Positions 17,797 through 27,012 of a DNA stretch of 64,000 bases are shown one piece after another. Numbering within the stretch: position 1 is the stretch's first letter; every line of letters starts with the position of its first letter. The stretch is from Minisyncoccia bacterium (GTDB lineage Bacteria; Patescibacteriota; Minisyncoccia; Phycocordibacterales; UBA9973), in contig JBGSSJ010000003.1 in the NCBI GenBank assembly GCA_041737125.1, positions 15,718 to 79,717 on the forward strand, in the 5' to 3' direction. Under the pieces are notes generated by a model, which was given only the letters and a program-made list of their open reading frames with translations, searched no databases and was not told where the DNA came from. Both the position numbers and the translations under genes were made by a program.

Positions 17797-19641
17797 CTAC
17801 TTACCATTGAATGACCAATGCCAAGGTTCTTTATCTAGATTTTGGAATCCATATTTAGATGCATTCGACTTAAGCCAAATGAAGCATTTACTATTTTTAC
17901 CACCTGAGGCCATCATTTTTTGACCATTACATGTAAAGTCTACAGCCCCTCCACCTTCATGATTTGAGTGGCCAGGTCTTGCTGTTGGAGGTTTGCAACT
18001 ACTTGATGGAGAGTTGTAGATATCCGGAGTACACCTATTCCTTTTTCTTAGAATAACTTGAGTTTGGTAGCTTCTAGATCCACTACCAGACAATATTATT
18101 CCATTCTTTTTGGCATCATCAAGCATTCTTTGAAGGTTAGAAGCTATAGGGATGCCACCAATAGAATTACAAACATTTATTTTATTCGGAGTACCGTATG
18201 TAGTTACATCTTTGTAACCAGTTGTACATAGATTTGCACCTTTCCCTGTAGGGGCCCCACCTCCTTGACTGTATATTGCATCAGGTTGTTCTAGTTCCAC
18301 TTCTTCATCTATCACACCCTGCACCCCCTCCACACTCAACCCATCCTTCCCTGTAAGCGCTGGATCTATGGTATTTAGTAATGCAAATGCACCAAGTGCT
18401 ATAAAGAGTCCTAGTAATGCAGCTTTTATCTTACTCTTCGCTTCTGTCTTACCGAATATTGACTCATCCCCTATATACTGTATACCAGCTATAATTATCA
18501 TTATCACAGCTAGTGCTCCAGCGAGTCCTATGCCTAGCTGGAACATTATATTAAAGTAATCCCCTATATTATCAGTCCTTATCTCTTTCAGTTTCCCTAT
18601 TGGTGCCAGTAATTCATATGTCATCTTGTTTACAAAAGATTGTTGATTCTCTGCATCTATACTGACGGCTTCGTCACCTTCCGGTATTATTTTGACTAAT
18701 TTACCATTATCAAGACAAAGACCAAAACAGTCATACCATAACCACCCAGTATTATTACTATTATTAGCAGAGCTATATGTAGTATTGTTGCCCTGATTTA
18801 TCTTAAAATACAAATCACAATTAAATCCAATAGAAGGTTTTTCACAATCTTCTTCACCTAGTAGTATTCTTATCTTGAAATTATCACTAGGAACTTTTAT
18901 GGGTTCATCATATATACCAGATTTATCCCAACCATCATCAGTTAATCTTGTTAAACCATCGGATTCATGAATAGTCAGTTTTATCCCAGTCCTACCCACA
19001 CAATCTTTTGACTTCACTACAATATCTGCATGAGTTAATCCTTCTACAAACCAAGCTCCTTTATGTTCTCCTGATGGATCCCAGTATGCGGACTCTATTT
19101 TACATGGAGATGATGTGTTCGTTGTATTTGTAGTTACTGTGCTACCTGTTACTGTTAGGTCGGTAATTTTTATTTCCTGAAATTTAAAGCTTTTGTCTAT
19201 CTTCTCTGATTTAGTGAGTCCATCTTTTGTTGTCGTTATTCTATTTACAATATTTACTGTCAGTATATAGTTCCCTTTTGTTACTTTGAATTGTCCACTC
19301 GCTAAAGTATTATCATTCTTATAATTAGTATTCATAGCCGCAGAATTGGATATAAGCAAAGGTTTCGTCGTAGTCCCCTTGGTGTTATTATAGCCATATG
19401 TAGTAGAAGGGTTAGCTTTCAAATTAAGAGTTATGCCATATGTTACATCTTTATTATCTCCATTTACGGCTGTATTTGCAGCTCCGAAGTTTATAAAGGG
19501 TCCGTTGATTGTATAATTTACTTTTAGGTCCGGAACTGATGGTAATCCTGCAGTAGTAATTGTCTCAGCATTAGTTATGCTTGGGATAATATAGATTAAA
19601 GAAAGTAGGAATATAAGTATGTATCTAGAGAATTTTTTCAT
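17797..19641 (-). CDS. Pilin-like domain fused to M15 (VanY-type) D-Ala-D-Ala peptidase
   Basis: LAVIMIIIAGIQY...AK.KI..ALLGLFIALGAF.LLNTIDP; SRSY..Q, PGHSNH.G.AVDF, EPWHW. Confidence 0.8.
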   Translation of the reverse strand: MKKFSRYILIFLLSLIYIIPSITNAETITTAGLPSVPDLKVNYTINGPFINFGAANTAVNGDNKDVTYGITLNLKANPSTTYGYNNTKGTTTKPLLISNSAAMNTNYKNDNTLASGQFKVTKGNYILTVNIVNRITTTKDGLTKSEKIDKSFKFQEIKITDLTVTGSTVTTNTTNTSSPCKIESAYWDPSGEHKGAWFVEGLTHADIVVKSKDCVGRTGIKLTIHESDGLTRLTDDGWDKSGIYDEPIKVPSDNFKIRILLGEEDCEKPSIGFNCDLYFKINQGNNTTYSSANNSNNTGWLWYDCFGLCLDNGKLVKIIPEGDEAVSIDAENQQSFVNKMTYELLAPIGKLKEIRTDNIGDYFNIMFQLGIGLAGALAVIMIIIAGIQYIGDESIFGKTEAKSKIKAALLGLFIALGAFALLNTIDPALTGKDGLSVEGVQGVIDEEVELEQPDAIYSQGGGAPTGKGANLCTTGYKDVTTYGTPNKINVCNSIGGIPIASNLQRMLDDAKKNGIILSGSGSRSYQTQVILRKRNRCTPDIYNSPSSSCKPPTARPGHSNHEGGGAVDFTCNGQKMMASGGKNSKCFIWLKSNASKYGFQNLDKEPWHWSFNGK

Positions 19642-19671
19642 GTTATATTTTTAATTAAAATTATTAAAATT

Positions 19672-21513
19672 TTACTGATTCGCCTCTTGTGCAGCTAATT
19701 CATCCTTCGCTTTCTTGATAGAAAGTATCTGTGATGGGTCTGAAGTTATAATCTGGTCTTCGGTGTAGGAAGCGATTGTTTTCACAGCGACGTGCTTGAG
19801 CCCTGCGAAGAATATACCCTCTCCGACATTCGCTTCGAGGAGCAGATACTTCTCTTCGTCTGTCAGGTTGAATGTCTTCTGTAGTACATCTATGGTTGAT
19901 GGGGATTGCTTCAATAGTATCTGGATAGAAGAGTTCGTGATTATCGGCACACCATATGGACTCTTCATGAAGTCGCCCACGTCTTGGGTAATAGTAGCAA
20001 GTCCTAGGTAGTATTTACGCCCACGCTTTGCGATAGAGTATAGGAATGAAGCAGTATCTTCAGACTTCATCATCCACCAAGCCTCATCGACTACAAGTAG
20101 TCGCTTCTTTATATTCTTGCGCACAGCATTCCATATCTGATGGATAACTATGTACATAGCGACTGGTTTGAGTTCATCTTCCATGTCGCGGACAGAGAAC
20201 ACCACGAATTTACGATTAATATCCACGTTCGTCGGCTGGTTTAGGAATGAAGACCATGAACCGTGGGTATACTTCGCTAGTCTTTGTATAAGGGATTCAC
20301 TACCATCCATACCCGCTAGGACCATTTCGAAGTCCATCAGTAGTGGTGGCTCTATGTTTGCAAAGTTGGATTCTGCTGTTATGTCCTTCAGTGCATAAGT
20401 CTCTGTGATGGCTCGGTCGATAATAGAATCTTCCTCTGGAGTAAGTCCTCCGAGCATGATGCGGAAGAGCCCCACTAGGTGTATGGTATTAGCGCGTAGT
20501 ACATCGGCTGGAGTCTCGTCGGATGTGGGTATAGGCAAGTCGAAAGGATTGATATGGTGATCAGAAGAAAGAGCGATATTGAAGTATCTACCCCCTACTG
20601 CTTCAGAGAGGTATTCGTACTCACGCTCTGGGTCGATGACGATGACTTCTGTGTCGAACATAAGTGTGCGAACAATCTCAAGCTTCGTTGCATAAGATTT
20701 ACCAGCACCAGAAGTAGCGAATGTAATAGAGTTATAGTTCGGCAAGGAGAACCTATCAAAGATTATCAGACTAGAGTTGTGGCGGTTCACTCCATAGAGT
20801 ATTCCTTTGTCAGAAGTAAGGTCGAAAGATACAAATGGGAACAGGCTAGATAGTGGCTCCGTATCAAGCTTCTGATTTATGTTTATGATGTCTGTCCCTG
20901 TAGGGATGACACTCTTGAAAGCTTCATCTTGCTGGAAGAGCGCTGGCTTCAGATAGATGAGTTTCGATTCAAGTAGTGACTTGATCTCACTCTCTACTTT
21001 GAATAAATCATTCTCATTATCGGCATAGATAGTAATATATAGACCCACATCGAACATTTTCGCTTGGGCCTGCATCAGGTTGTCGCGTAGGCCTTCGAGG
21101 TCGCGGTAGGCGGTGTCGAGCATCGGGTCGCGCACCAGGCCTTTCGACTCACGGATCGATATCTGACTTTGGACTTCAGCTACTTTCTTCTGGAAAGATT
21201 TCAATACTTCGCTTGTATCGATAGGGTGTATAAAAATAGAGACATCGAAAACTTTGTCCAAGTTGATAATCGGAGAGAACCAGTTGTCGGTAAGATAGCG
21301 GGGATAAGATATAACGAAGAAGGTACGGGCTATCTTGTCGCCTAGGTTTAGAACTTTCGGTGTAATCTGTAATGCTGATGGTGCGATAATATCCTGTAGT
21401 TCGAGAGTAGCCGCATGATATATTTCGGAAGGTATAACAGGCATCACCGTGCTCTTCGGCTTCGGATTGTTGTTGCTATTCCCTCCTCCAAATATTGATG
21501 AAAAAATTCCCAT
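19672..21513 (-). CDS. virB4: VirB4-like ATPase
   Basis: ATSGAGKS, IDPEREY, INPFD, VVDEAW, RGRKY, TQD. Confidence 0.9.
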   Translation of the reverse strand: MGIFSSIFGGGNSNNNPKPKSTVMPVIPSEIYHAATLELQDIIAPSALQITPKVLNLGDKIARTFFVISYPRYLTDNWFSPIINLDKVFDVSIFIHPIDTSEVLKSFQKKVAEVQSQISIRESKGLVRDPMLDTAYRDLEGLRDNLMQAQAKMFDVGLYITIYADNENDLFKVESEIKSLLESKLIYLKPALFQQDEAFKSVIPTGTDIININQKLDTEPLSSLFPFVSFDLTSDKGILYGVNRHNSSLIIFDRFSLPNYNSITFATSGAGKSYATKLEIVRTLMFDTEVIVIDPEREYEYLSEAVGGRYFNIALSSDHHINPFDLPIPTSDETPADVLRANTIHLVGLFRIMLGGLTPEEDSIIDRAITETYALKDITAESNFANIEPPLLMDFEMVLAGMDGSESLIQRLAKYTHGSWSSFLNQPTNVDINRKFVVFSVRDMEDELKPVAMYIVIHQIWNAVRKNIKKRLLVVDEAWWMMKSEDTASFLYSIAKRGRKYYLGLATITQDVGDFMKSPYGVPIITNSSIQILLKQSPSTIDVLQKTFNLTDEEKYLLLEANVGEGIFFAGLKHVAVKTIASYTEDQIITSDPSQILSIKKAKDELAAQEANQ

Positions 21514-21514
21514 A

Positions 21515-22168
21515 TTATTGTAATTTAATTCCTTGGCTTATATCACCAGGATTGAATGTTTTATAAAAAAGTTCTACAACTTCATCTGTTTTCAGTTGGG
21601 AGCTGCGCACACCAAGCCCTCCAAGGCCAGAGATGATCACGCCCACTCTCTCGTCGAGCTGGCTACGCTTCTCCTCGAAGTCGGCCATATCCATAGCCTT
21701 CTTCGTATTCTCTATCTGCTTCTTTGGTGCAGAGGATCCGAGCAACTTCTCTATAGCATCTCCGCTTGATTTTATAACATTAGAACTATAAGGCACAACA
21801 ATGAAGAAAGTCTTTGTCATGATGTTCACTTCATCGGTGAACGACTTGATGAATTCTATATACTCTTTTGTTTGTATCTTCAGAAGCTTCTCTGTCTGCT
21901 CGCGTTCACGGGCCTCTAGAGTAAGTAAGTAAGGGCGGATATCTAGTCTACGAGACTGTACAACTATCTGTATAGAGAAGTCGAGTCCATTTAAGAAAGA
22001 TTGGAATTGATTGATGATGGCCATCTGCTCATCGGAAGATTTAAGTGATAGGTTGATGGATGATGCTATGAGGACAGCACGAAGACCGCCATCTTTAAGT
22101 ATGATGACTCCATTGCGGACTTCTTTTATTGGAACGAATTCTTGAGCAGCGCGTGCATTTATAGCCAT
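21515..22168 (-). CDS. VirB4 N-terminal-like conjugal transfer protein
   Basis: SINL.LKS.DEQ..I...FQ.FLN.LDF.IQI; lies between prgI and virB4. Confidence 0.7.
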   Translation of the reverse strand: MAINARAAQEFVPIKEVRNGVIILKDGGLRAVLIASSINLSLKSSDEQMAIINQFQSFLNGLDFSIQIVVQSRRLDIRPYLLTLEAREREQTEKLLKIQTKEYIEFIKSFTDEVNIMTKTFFIVVPYSSNVIKSSGDAIEKLLGSSAPKKQIENTKKAMDMADFEEKRSQLDERVGVIISGLGGLGVRSSQLKTDEVVELFYKTFNPGDISQGIKLQ

Positions 22169-22250
22169 AATATAATTACAAATTAGAATACATAATCATT
22201 ATACTATATTCCATTAGTAATTCGTAATCCTGCCTACTGGTAGGTGGGTA

Positions 22251-22667
22251 TTAATTACCTACATTATCGTCTTTCACATCTAGACTCCAGGATAAATCCT
22301 TCAAAGAATTTGCAGACGACATAGGAACGATAGAAGTCATACTGTTCGGTAGCTGATCAGGAGCGACTTCGCCTTGTTTGGGCTTTACTAGACGCTGCTT
22401 CCAGACATATAGCTTGCTCGACATTACATAGTTGAGGGCTGCTTGTAAGTAGTATATAAAAGGTTTTTCATTTATGCGGTAGAAAACAAGGAGTAGGGTG
22501 AGGCCTCCTATAAGTAATATAGGTAGAACAGCTACCCAGAATGGTAGCATACGGTATAGAACGAATATCATTCCTCCCCCACCGAGCATATATGCGAATT
22601 GCTTGAAGGTAAAAGGTCCAAATAACTTGTCCTCAACATCTATAAATTGTGGAACTTTGAATTGCAT
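22251..22667 (-). CDS. PrgI family protein
   Basis: VPQFIDVEDKLFGPFTFKQF followed by two TM helices. Confidence 0.88.
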   Translation of the reverse strand: MQFKVPQFIDVEDKLFGPFTFKQFAYMLGGGGMIFVLYRMLPFWVAVLPILLIGGLTLLLVFYRINEKPFIYYLQAALNYVMSSKLYVWKQRLVKPKQGEVAPDQLPNSMTSIVPMSSANSLKDLSWSLDVKDDNVGN

Positions 22668-22693
22668 AGAAGGGTAATTACGAATTAAAATTA

Positions 22694-23716
22694 CTAAATT
22701 GACTCATGATAAGGATCATGGATGACTTTACTTGTAGCTTGTGGAGGTGGAGTACTAATAGGAGCTTCTGCTTTAGGTGTAGGTGTAATTTTCGACATTG
22801 ATTGGTCGGTGACAACATTCTTACTCATAACCATCTGATTTAATTTGTTGGCGAATATATCTACACTAGGGTTCGCAGATGATGCGCTACTTGTATTAAT
22901 AGGCAGACTACTTCTACTCTCAGACATACTCGCACGCATATTTGGAGCAGGTGTTGTATTTATAGAGCTCTTTACTGCACTACGCAACTCTTCTATATAA
23001 GGTGGAAGTGGTACTTCATCATCCATAGAGCTAGGTGCGGATGGACCTTCATTCCCCCAGTTGGATTTCAATATTTCACGAATAGGAAGTAGAATTTTCT
23101 CATTCACGCTCTTTACTACCATGGCCACTTTGTCCGCCGTTATTGGTAGCTTGCCCTGTAGTTCTATCTCATATTTGTCGGGGTGGATAATACCAAGGAG
23201 GACTTTGTTCGTCACTTCTTCGAGGCTACCCATTTGCTCTATATTTAATTTATTCTCAGTTCCTATACTAAATAATACATTCTGATAGTCAGACTGCATT
23301 ATAGCCACTTGCACTTCTTGGGGGAGCTTGGCAAATCGCTCGTCGAGCTTGCTTAGGTCTCCATACTTCTCTTCTACTAGGCTTGCGACATGTGTGTCAT
23401 AAGCATCTGCAAGCAATGGCTTGATGTTATTAAATACAGTATTGTCTATCTCCTCCATCATCTTCGCTAGTATTGCGTCTTGCATACCGAGCTCTTTCTT
23501 CAAATTATCCTCATACTCTTCTGTGCGGATGATGCCGAGTAAAGCGAGAGTCGTCTCGGTAGCCAGGGTCTCAATTTGTGCATTATTTAGATTGTATTTG
23601 ATACTAATAGTCTTGAGGGTCTCCATCCATATCATATTAGAAAATACTTGCTGCGCATCAGGCGGAAGCTTAGAGTAAGAGAGAGCTATTTGTTGTTGTA
23701 ATTGTTCTGGATTCAT
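22694..23716 (-). CDS. Hypothetical protein with an internally duplicated ~90-aa domain
   Basis: KLP...LN..Q...L...T...LLGII occurs twice; C-terminal DPYHE. Confidence 0.75.
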   Translation of the reverse strand: MNPEQLQQQIALSYSKLPPDAQQVFSNMIWMETLKTISIKYNLNNAQIETLATETTLALLGIIRTEEYEDNLKKELGMQDAILAKMMEEIDNTVFNNIKPLLADAYDTHVASLVEEKYGDLSKLDERFAKLPQEVQVAIMQSDYQNVLFSIGTENKLNIEQMGSLEEVTNKVLLGIIHPDKYEIELQGKLPITADKVAMVVKSVNEKILLPIREILKSNWGNEGPSAPSSMDDEVPLPPYIEELRSAVKSSINTTPAPNMRASMSESRSSLPINTSSASSANPSVDIFANKLNQMVMSKNVVTDQSMSKITPTPKAEAPISTPPPQATSKVIHDPYHESI

Positions 23717-23786
23717 TGTGATTTTATTTTTTCCTATTAATCCTTCCTAGCTCATTAGTAATTCGTAATTATAAATTCGTAATTGT

Positions 23787-26174
23787 TTAATGGTGTCCTC
23801 CCCCCCCTCCACCATGTCCTGCGTCCGCCTTCGCATGACCACCCCCTCCACCCGAACTCACTTCGATTTTCATACCTTTTAGGGTAGTTTCAAGTGTGTT
23901 TCCCAAATCCTTTAAGAAATCTTTTTGTGCAGTCCCTGTGTTTACCTTTAGTCCACTCTTGAGCCCCATACGCACCCCACCCGCAACTACAGCAGCTAAA
24001 CCTACACCTACATTCGGTATAAATCCTTTTGATTTTACTTTTGTGTCTGGAAGATTTCTTAGATCATAACTTCCTTTTCTGAGAGCGTTAACAAATTCAC
24101 TAACAGCTGTCGCTTTTTTTGTATCTCCGACCATATCTGTAGATGTATGAACATGCTCACCTCTAGTTGCTGCTATTTGTTTATTAGCTTCTGCGGCATC
24201 AGCCCACTCACCATTTGGATTAATTGGATTTCTATTGGTATCAATAACACCTCTTTGTGCTTGATCAAGTTTTTCGTAGGGCTTATTATATTGTTCTTTT
24301 GATACGATATCTCTATCAATTCTATCTCGAACAGTTTTTTGCTGATCTTCTCCGAGATCTTTATACTTCATTTCTTTATTACCTGTAACAGCTTGGGCCT
24401 TTTCATCTAGTACATGTTCTGAGTGCTCCTTAGCCCCCAACTTCTTGCTCTCTCTTTGGATCCAACTCGTTTCTTGCCCTGTGTGGGGATCTGCTTTTCT
24501 TCCTATTCTAGATATTCCATGTGCAACACCCGCCGCCGCCGCCTTACCTGTACCTTGTACAGCTTCTTTTGCTAATTTGGTGTAAGCAAGTGGATTTATA
24601 ACATTCCAACCCTTTATTTTCTTAGCAGCTTCTTTGGTGTCTTTATAGTTAAGAGCATTTTCTCTGGCTCCATCGTTTTGTGCGTATTTAGATACTGAAC
24701 CCATGGTCTGTCTTCCTAGTGCCGCCGCACCAAGAGCTGCACCACCGAGAGCAAGTCCACCCATAGCCATACCGACATTCGTGACTGTAGAGCCGATGGT
24801 ACCAGCTAATTTGGAAGCGATAGATTTTGCTTGCCATAGAAGCACCATGATGAAAATGAAAGGCACTATGGTGGCGAGGATAAACGCCGCACCGTTCTCA
24901 GAGTTCACAGGCACTAGGCTTTCTAGGCTTACGAACTTGATTATCATATACATGAAGAACATGAATACTGGGGCGAGGAATGCCATCTTGATGGTTTCTG
25001 ACCACCATTTCTTGTAGCCGACCATTTCCATGTCTGCCATGGCGGGTACTGTATAAGAGAAGAATGCAAAAGGTACGAGTATCATAGCGAGCCACAGTCC
25101 GATAACCCGAGCGACAAATAGTAGTCCGACAGTAAGGAACACTATGAACCCGATAACATTGATAGCTATAGCAAGAACAGTTACAAGTATGTATACACCA
25201 GCTCCGTCATTTGTTTCTGTTAATTGCTGTGTGGTCATTACAGTCGTCTCTGAGTTTGATTTATTTATCTTACCCACTTTGCCCAATCCCTCACTTATAA
25301 GCTTTTGAGGATTTACTTTTGATACTATAACCTCAGACATAGGTATAGGCTTACCAGAATCTGTGTCAACGGCTTTACCATCTTTAGTCACACTAATAGT
25401 CTGTGAGTTATAGAAGACTCGCGCCAAGATGTTCGAAGTGTCGATGATGATTTGTGTAGCAAATAAGCTGAAGTTTATCAACAGTCCTATGATGACTACC
25501 TTTACTATCATATCCTTCGGGCCTGAGCCATGCCCACCACCGACGCCGAGTATAGTAGTAAATGCCACATACAAGAGTACGAATATGAAGAACATATTCA
25601 CTATGTCGCGCACTAATCCCCAACCCTCGAGTACAAAAGTAGAGCGATAAGAGTCATCATTAATAGAGTATGCGAACATATTATCGAAAAATATTCCAGC
25701 AAGACCGAACAAAGCAGATGTTAAGCTAAATAACATGTCGAATAATTGAGCAACACACCCCAAGAATGTTCCAGTGGCTCCTACCTTAAACATAGTAGCA
25801 AAAACACAATTCGGTACCACATCTACTTTTGGTTCTGATGCATTCACAGAAAGACCAGCCGCAGCACGAGCCTCTTGTAATACATTAAGTAAATTTTCTA
25901 CTTGTATTCTAAGTGCAATTATTTCTTCGGCGGTATAAGAACTACCATCTGCCTTTGTTCCTCCCGCGAGGGCTTTATTATAGATATCGATTGCAGCATC
26001 ATGCGCTTTCTTCGCATCATCTATCGCTTTCTGTTTCTCTTCAGGGGTTAGGTCTGCATTTACTATATTTGCGCGGACTTCTAATCCCCTCTCGATATTC
26101 CTTGCTACGCTAAAAGGCGCGAACAAGTTCACGAGTATGACTAATAAGAGGATTGTAGGGAGGAACTTTTTCAT
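23787..26174 (-). CDS. VirB6/TrbL-like polytopic membrane protein
   Basis: GW.LVRDIVNMFFIF, LLINFSLF, many TM helices, long Gly/Ala-rich tail. Confidence 0.75.
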   Translation of the reverse strand: MKKFLPTILLLVILVNLFAPFSVARNIERGLEVRANIVNADLTPEEKQKAIDDAKKAHDAAIDIYNKALAGGTKADGSSYTAEEIIALRIQVENLLNVLQEARAAAGLSVNASEPKVDVVPNCVFATMFKVGATGTFLGCVAQLFDMLFSLTSALFGLAGIFFDNMFAYSINDDSYRSTFVLEGWGLVRDIVNMFFIFVLLYVAFTTILGVGGGHGSGPKDMIVKVVIIGLLINFSLFATQIIIDTSNILARVFYNSQTISVTKDGKAVDTDSGKPIPMSEVIVSKVNPQKLISEGLGKVGKINKSNSETTVMTTQQLTETNDGAGVYILVTVLAIAINVIGFIVFLTVGLLFVARVIGLWLAMILVPFAFFSYTVPAMADMEMVGYKKWWSETIKMAFLAPVFMFFMYMIIKFVSLESLVPVNSENGAAFILATIVPFIFIMVLLWQAKSIASKLAGTIGSTVTNVGMAMGGLALGGAALGAAALGRQTMGSVSKYAQNDGARENALNYKDTKEAAKKIKGWNVINPLAYTKLAKEAVQGTGKAAAAGVAHGISRIGRKADPHTGQETSWIQRESKKLGAKEHSEHVLDEKAQAVTGNKEMKYKDLGEDQQKTVRDRIDRDIVSKEQYNKPYEKLDQAQRGVIDTNRNPINPNGEWADAAEANKQIAATRGEHVHTSTDMVGDTKKATAVSEFVNALRKGSYDLRNLPDTKVKSKGFIPNVGVGLAAVVAGGVRMGLKSGLKVNTGTAQKDFLKDLGNTLETTLKGMKIEVSSGGGGGHAKADAGHGGGGGGHH

Positions 26175-26186
26175 TACTAATTTACT

Positions 26187-27008
26187 TTACCAAATCTTGA
26201 ACAGCTCTTCTAGTATCTCGTATGTAGGGACATAAGGTGTGATGCTATCTACTGCTGTGTTGTAGTAAGGATTAGACTTTATAGTCTTCGGTCCACTGTA
26301 CCTGTAGTCGGCCTTCTGTGCTATACACTGAGTGTTCAGGGTCTCTGCTCGGGCTACTAGGTCAGTGTTCGTCTTCAAGTCACCTTGTAGTAACTCTATA
26401 TCATCTTCTGTTTTTAGTAGATAAGATATAGCGTAGTAATCTTTAAGTAATGCTTCAAGCTCAGTCTTCTCGGCATCGGTGAATACAAGTGGGTCATCGC
26501 TCGGACAGTATGCTTCGACTATAGGTCGTGGCGTATTATCGACAGGTCGAATAGGGTCCCTGATAGGGTCACCTAGGCCACCTCCATTATTTCCTTCCCA
26601 TCCGTCATCTTCATCAGGAACTGTAATAGGGTCAAGTGGCGGTGTAATACCAAATCCTCCACCACTACCCAAGCCCCCACCTGAGCCGAATTCGCCAGTA
26701 CCAAACCCTCCGCCAGTATTACCTCCTGTACCACCGTTAGGATCTGTAGGGTCTACTGGTGTCTGTCCACCTGTACCAGGATTCACAGTTCCACCAGGTT
26801 CAGTGCCAGTATCTACCGGAGTAAGCTCCTTTGGCTTCTTGGTGCCGAATAATGATTCGAATATTTTGTTCGAGCCACCTTCCTCTGTACTCTTGGTCTC
26901 GGACTTCTTCATATTACGGAACAGGAAAAAGCCTATCAATAATAATATCAGTACTATTATGAATGTTATGAGGAACGCTTTGCTTTTTCTTGGGTTATGA
27001 TCATCCAT
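26187..27008 (-). CDS. Membrane-anchored Gly/Pro-rich protein
   Basis: N-terminal TM helix, low-complexity linker. Confidence 0.7.
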   Translation of the reverse strand: MDDHNPRKSKAFLITFIIVLILLLIGFFLFRNMKKSETKSTEEGGSNKIFESLFGTKKPKELTPVDTGTEPGGTVNPGTGGQTPVDPTDPNGGTGGNTGGGFGTGEFGSGGGLGSGGGFGITPPLDPITVPDEDDGWEGNNGGGLGDPIRDPIRPVDNTPRPIVEAYCPSDDPLVFTDAEKTELEALLKDYYAISYLLKTEDDIELLQGDLKTNTDLVARAETLNTQCIAQKADYRYSGPKTIKSNPYYNTAVDSITPYVPTYEILEELFKIW

Positions 27009-27012
27009 ATAA

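Noticed and set aside
26479-27000. Pro-rich plus-strand ORF and similar antisense ORFs (e.g. 29714, 37580, 39261, 50013)
   Set aside because: Shadows of well-supported minus-strand genes
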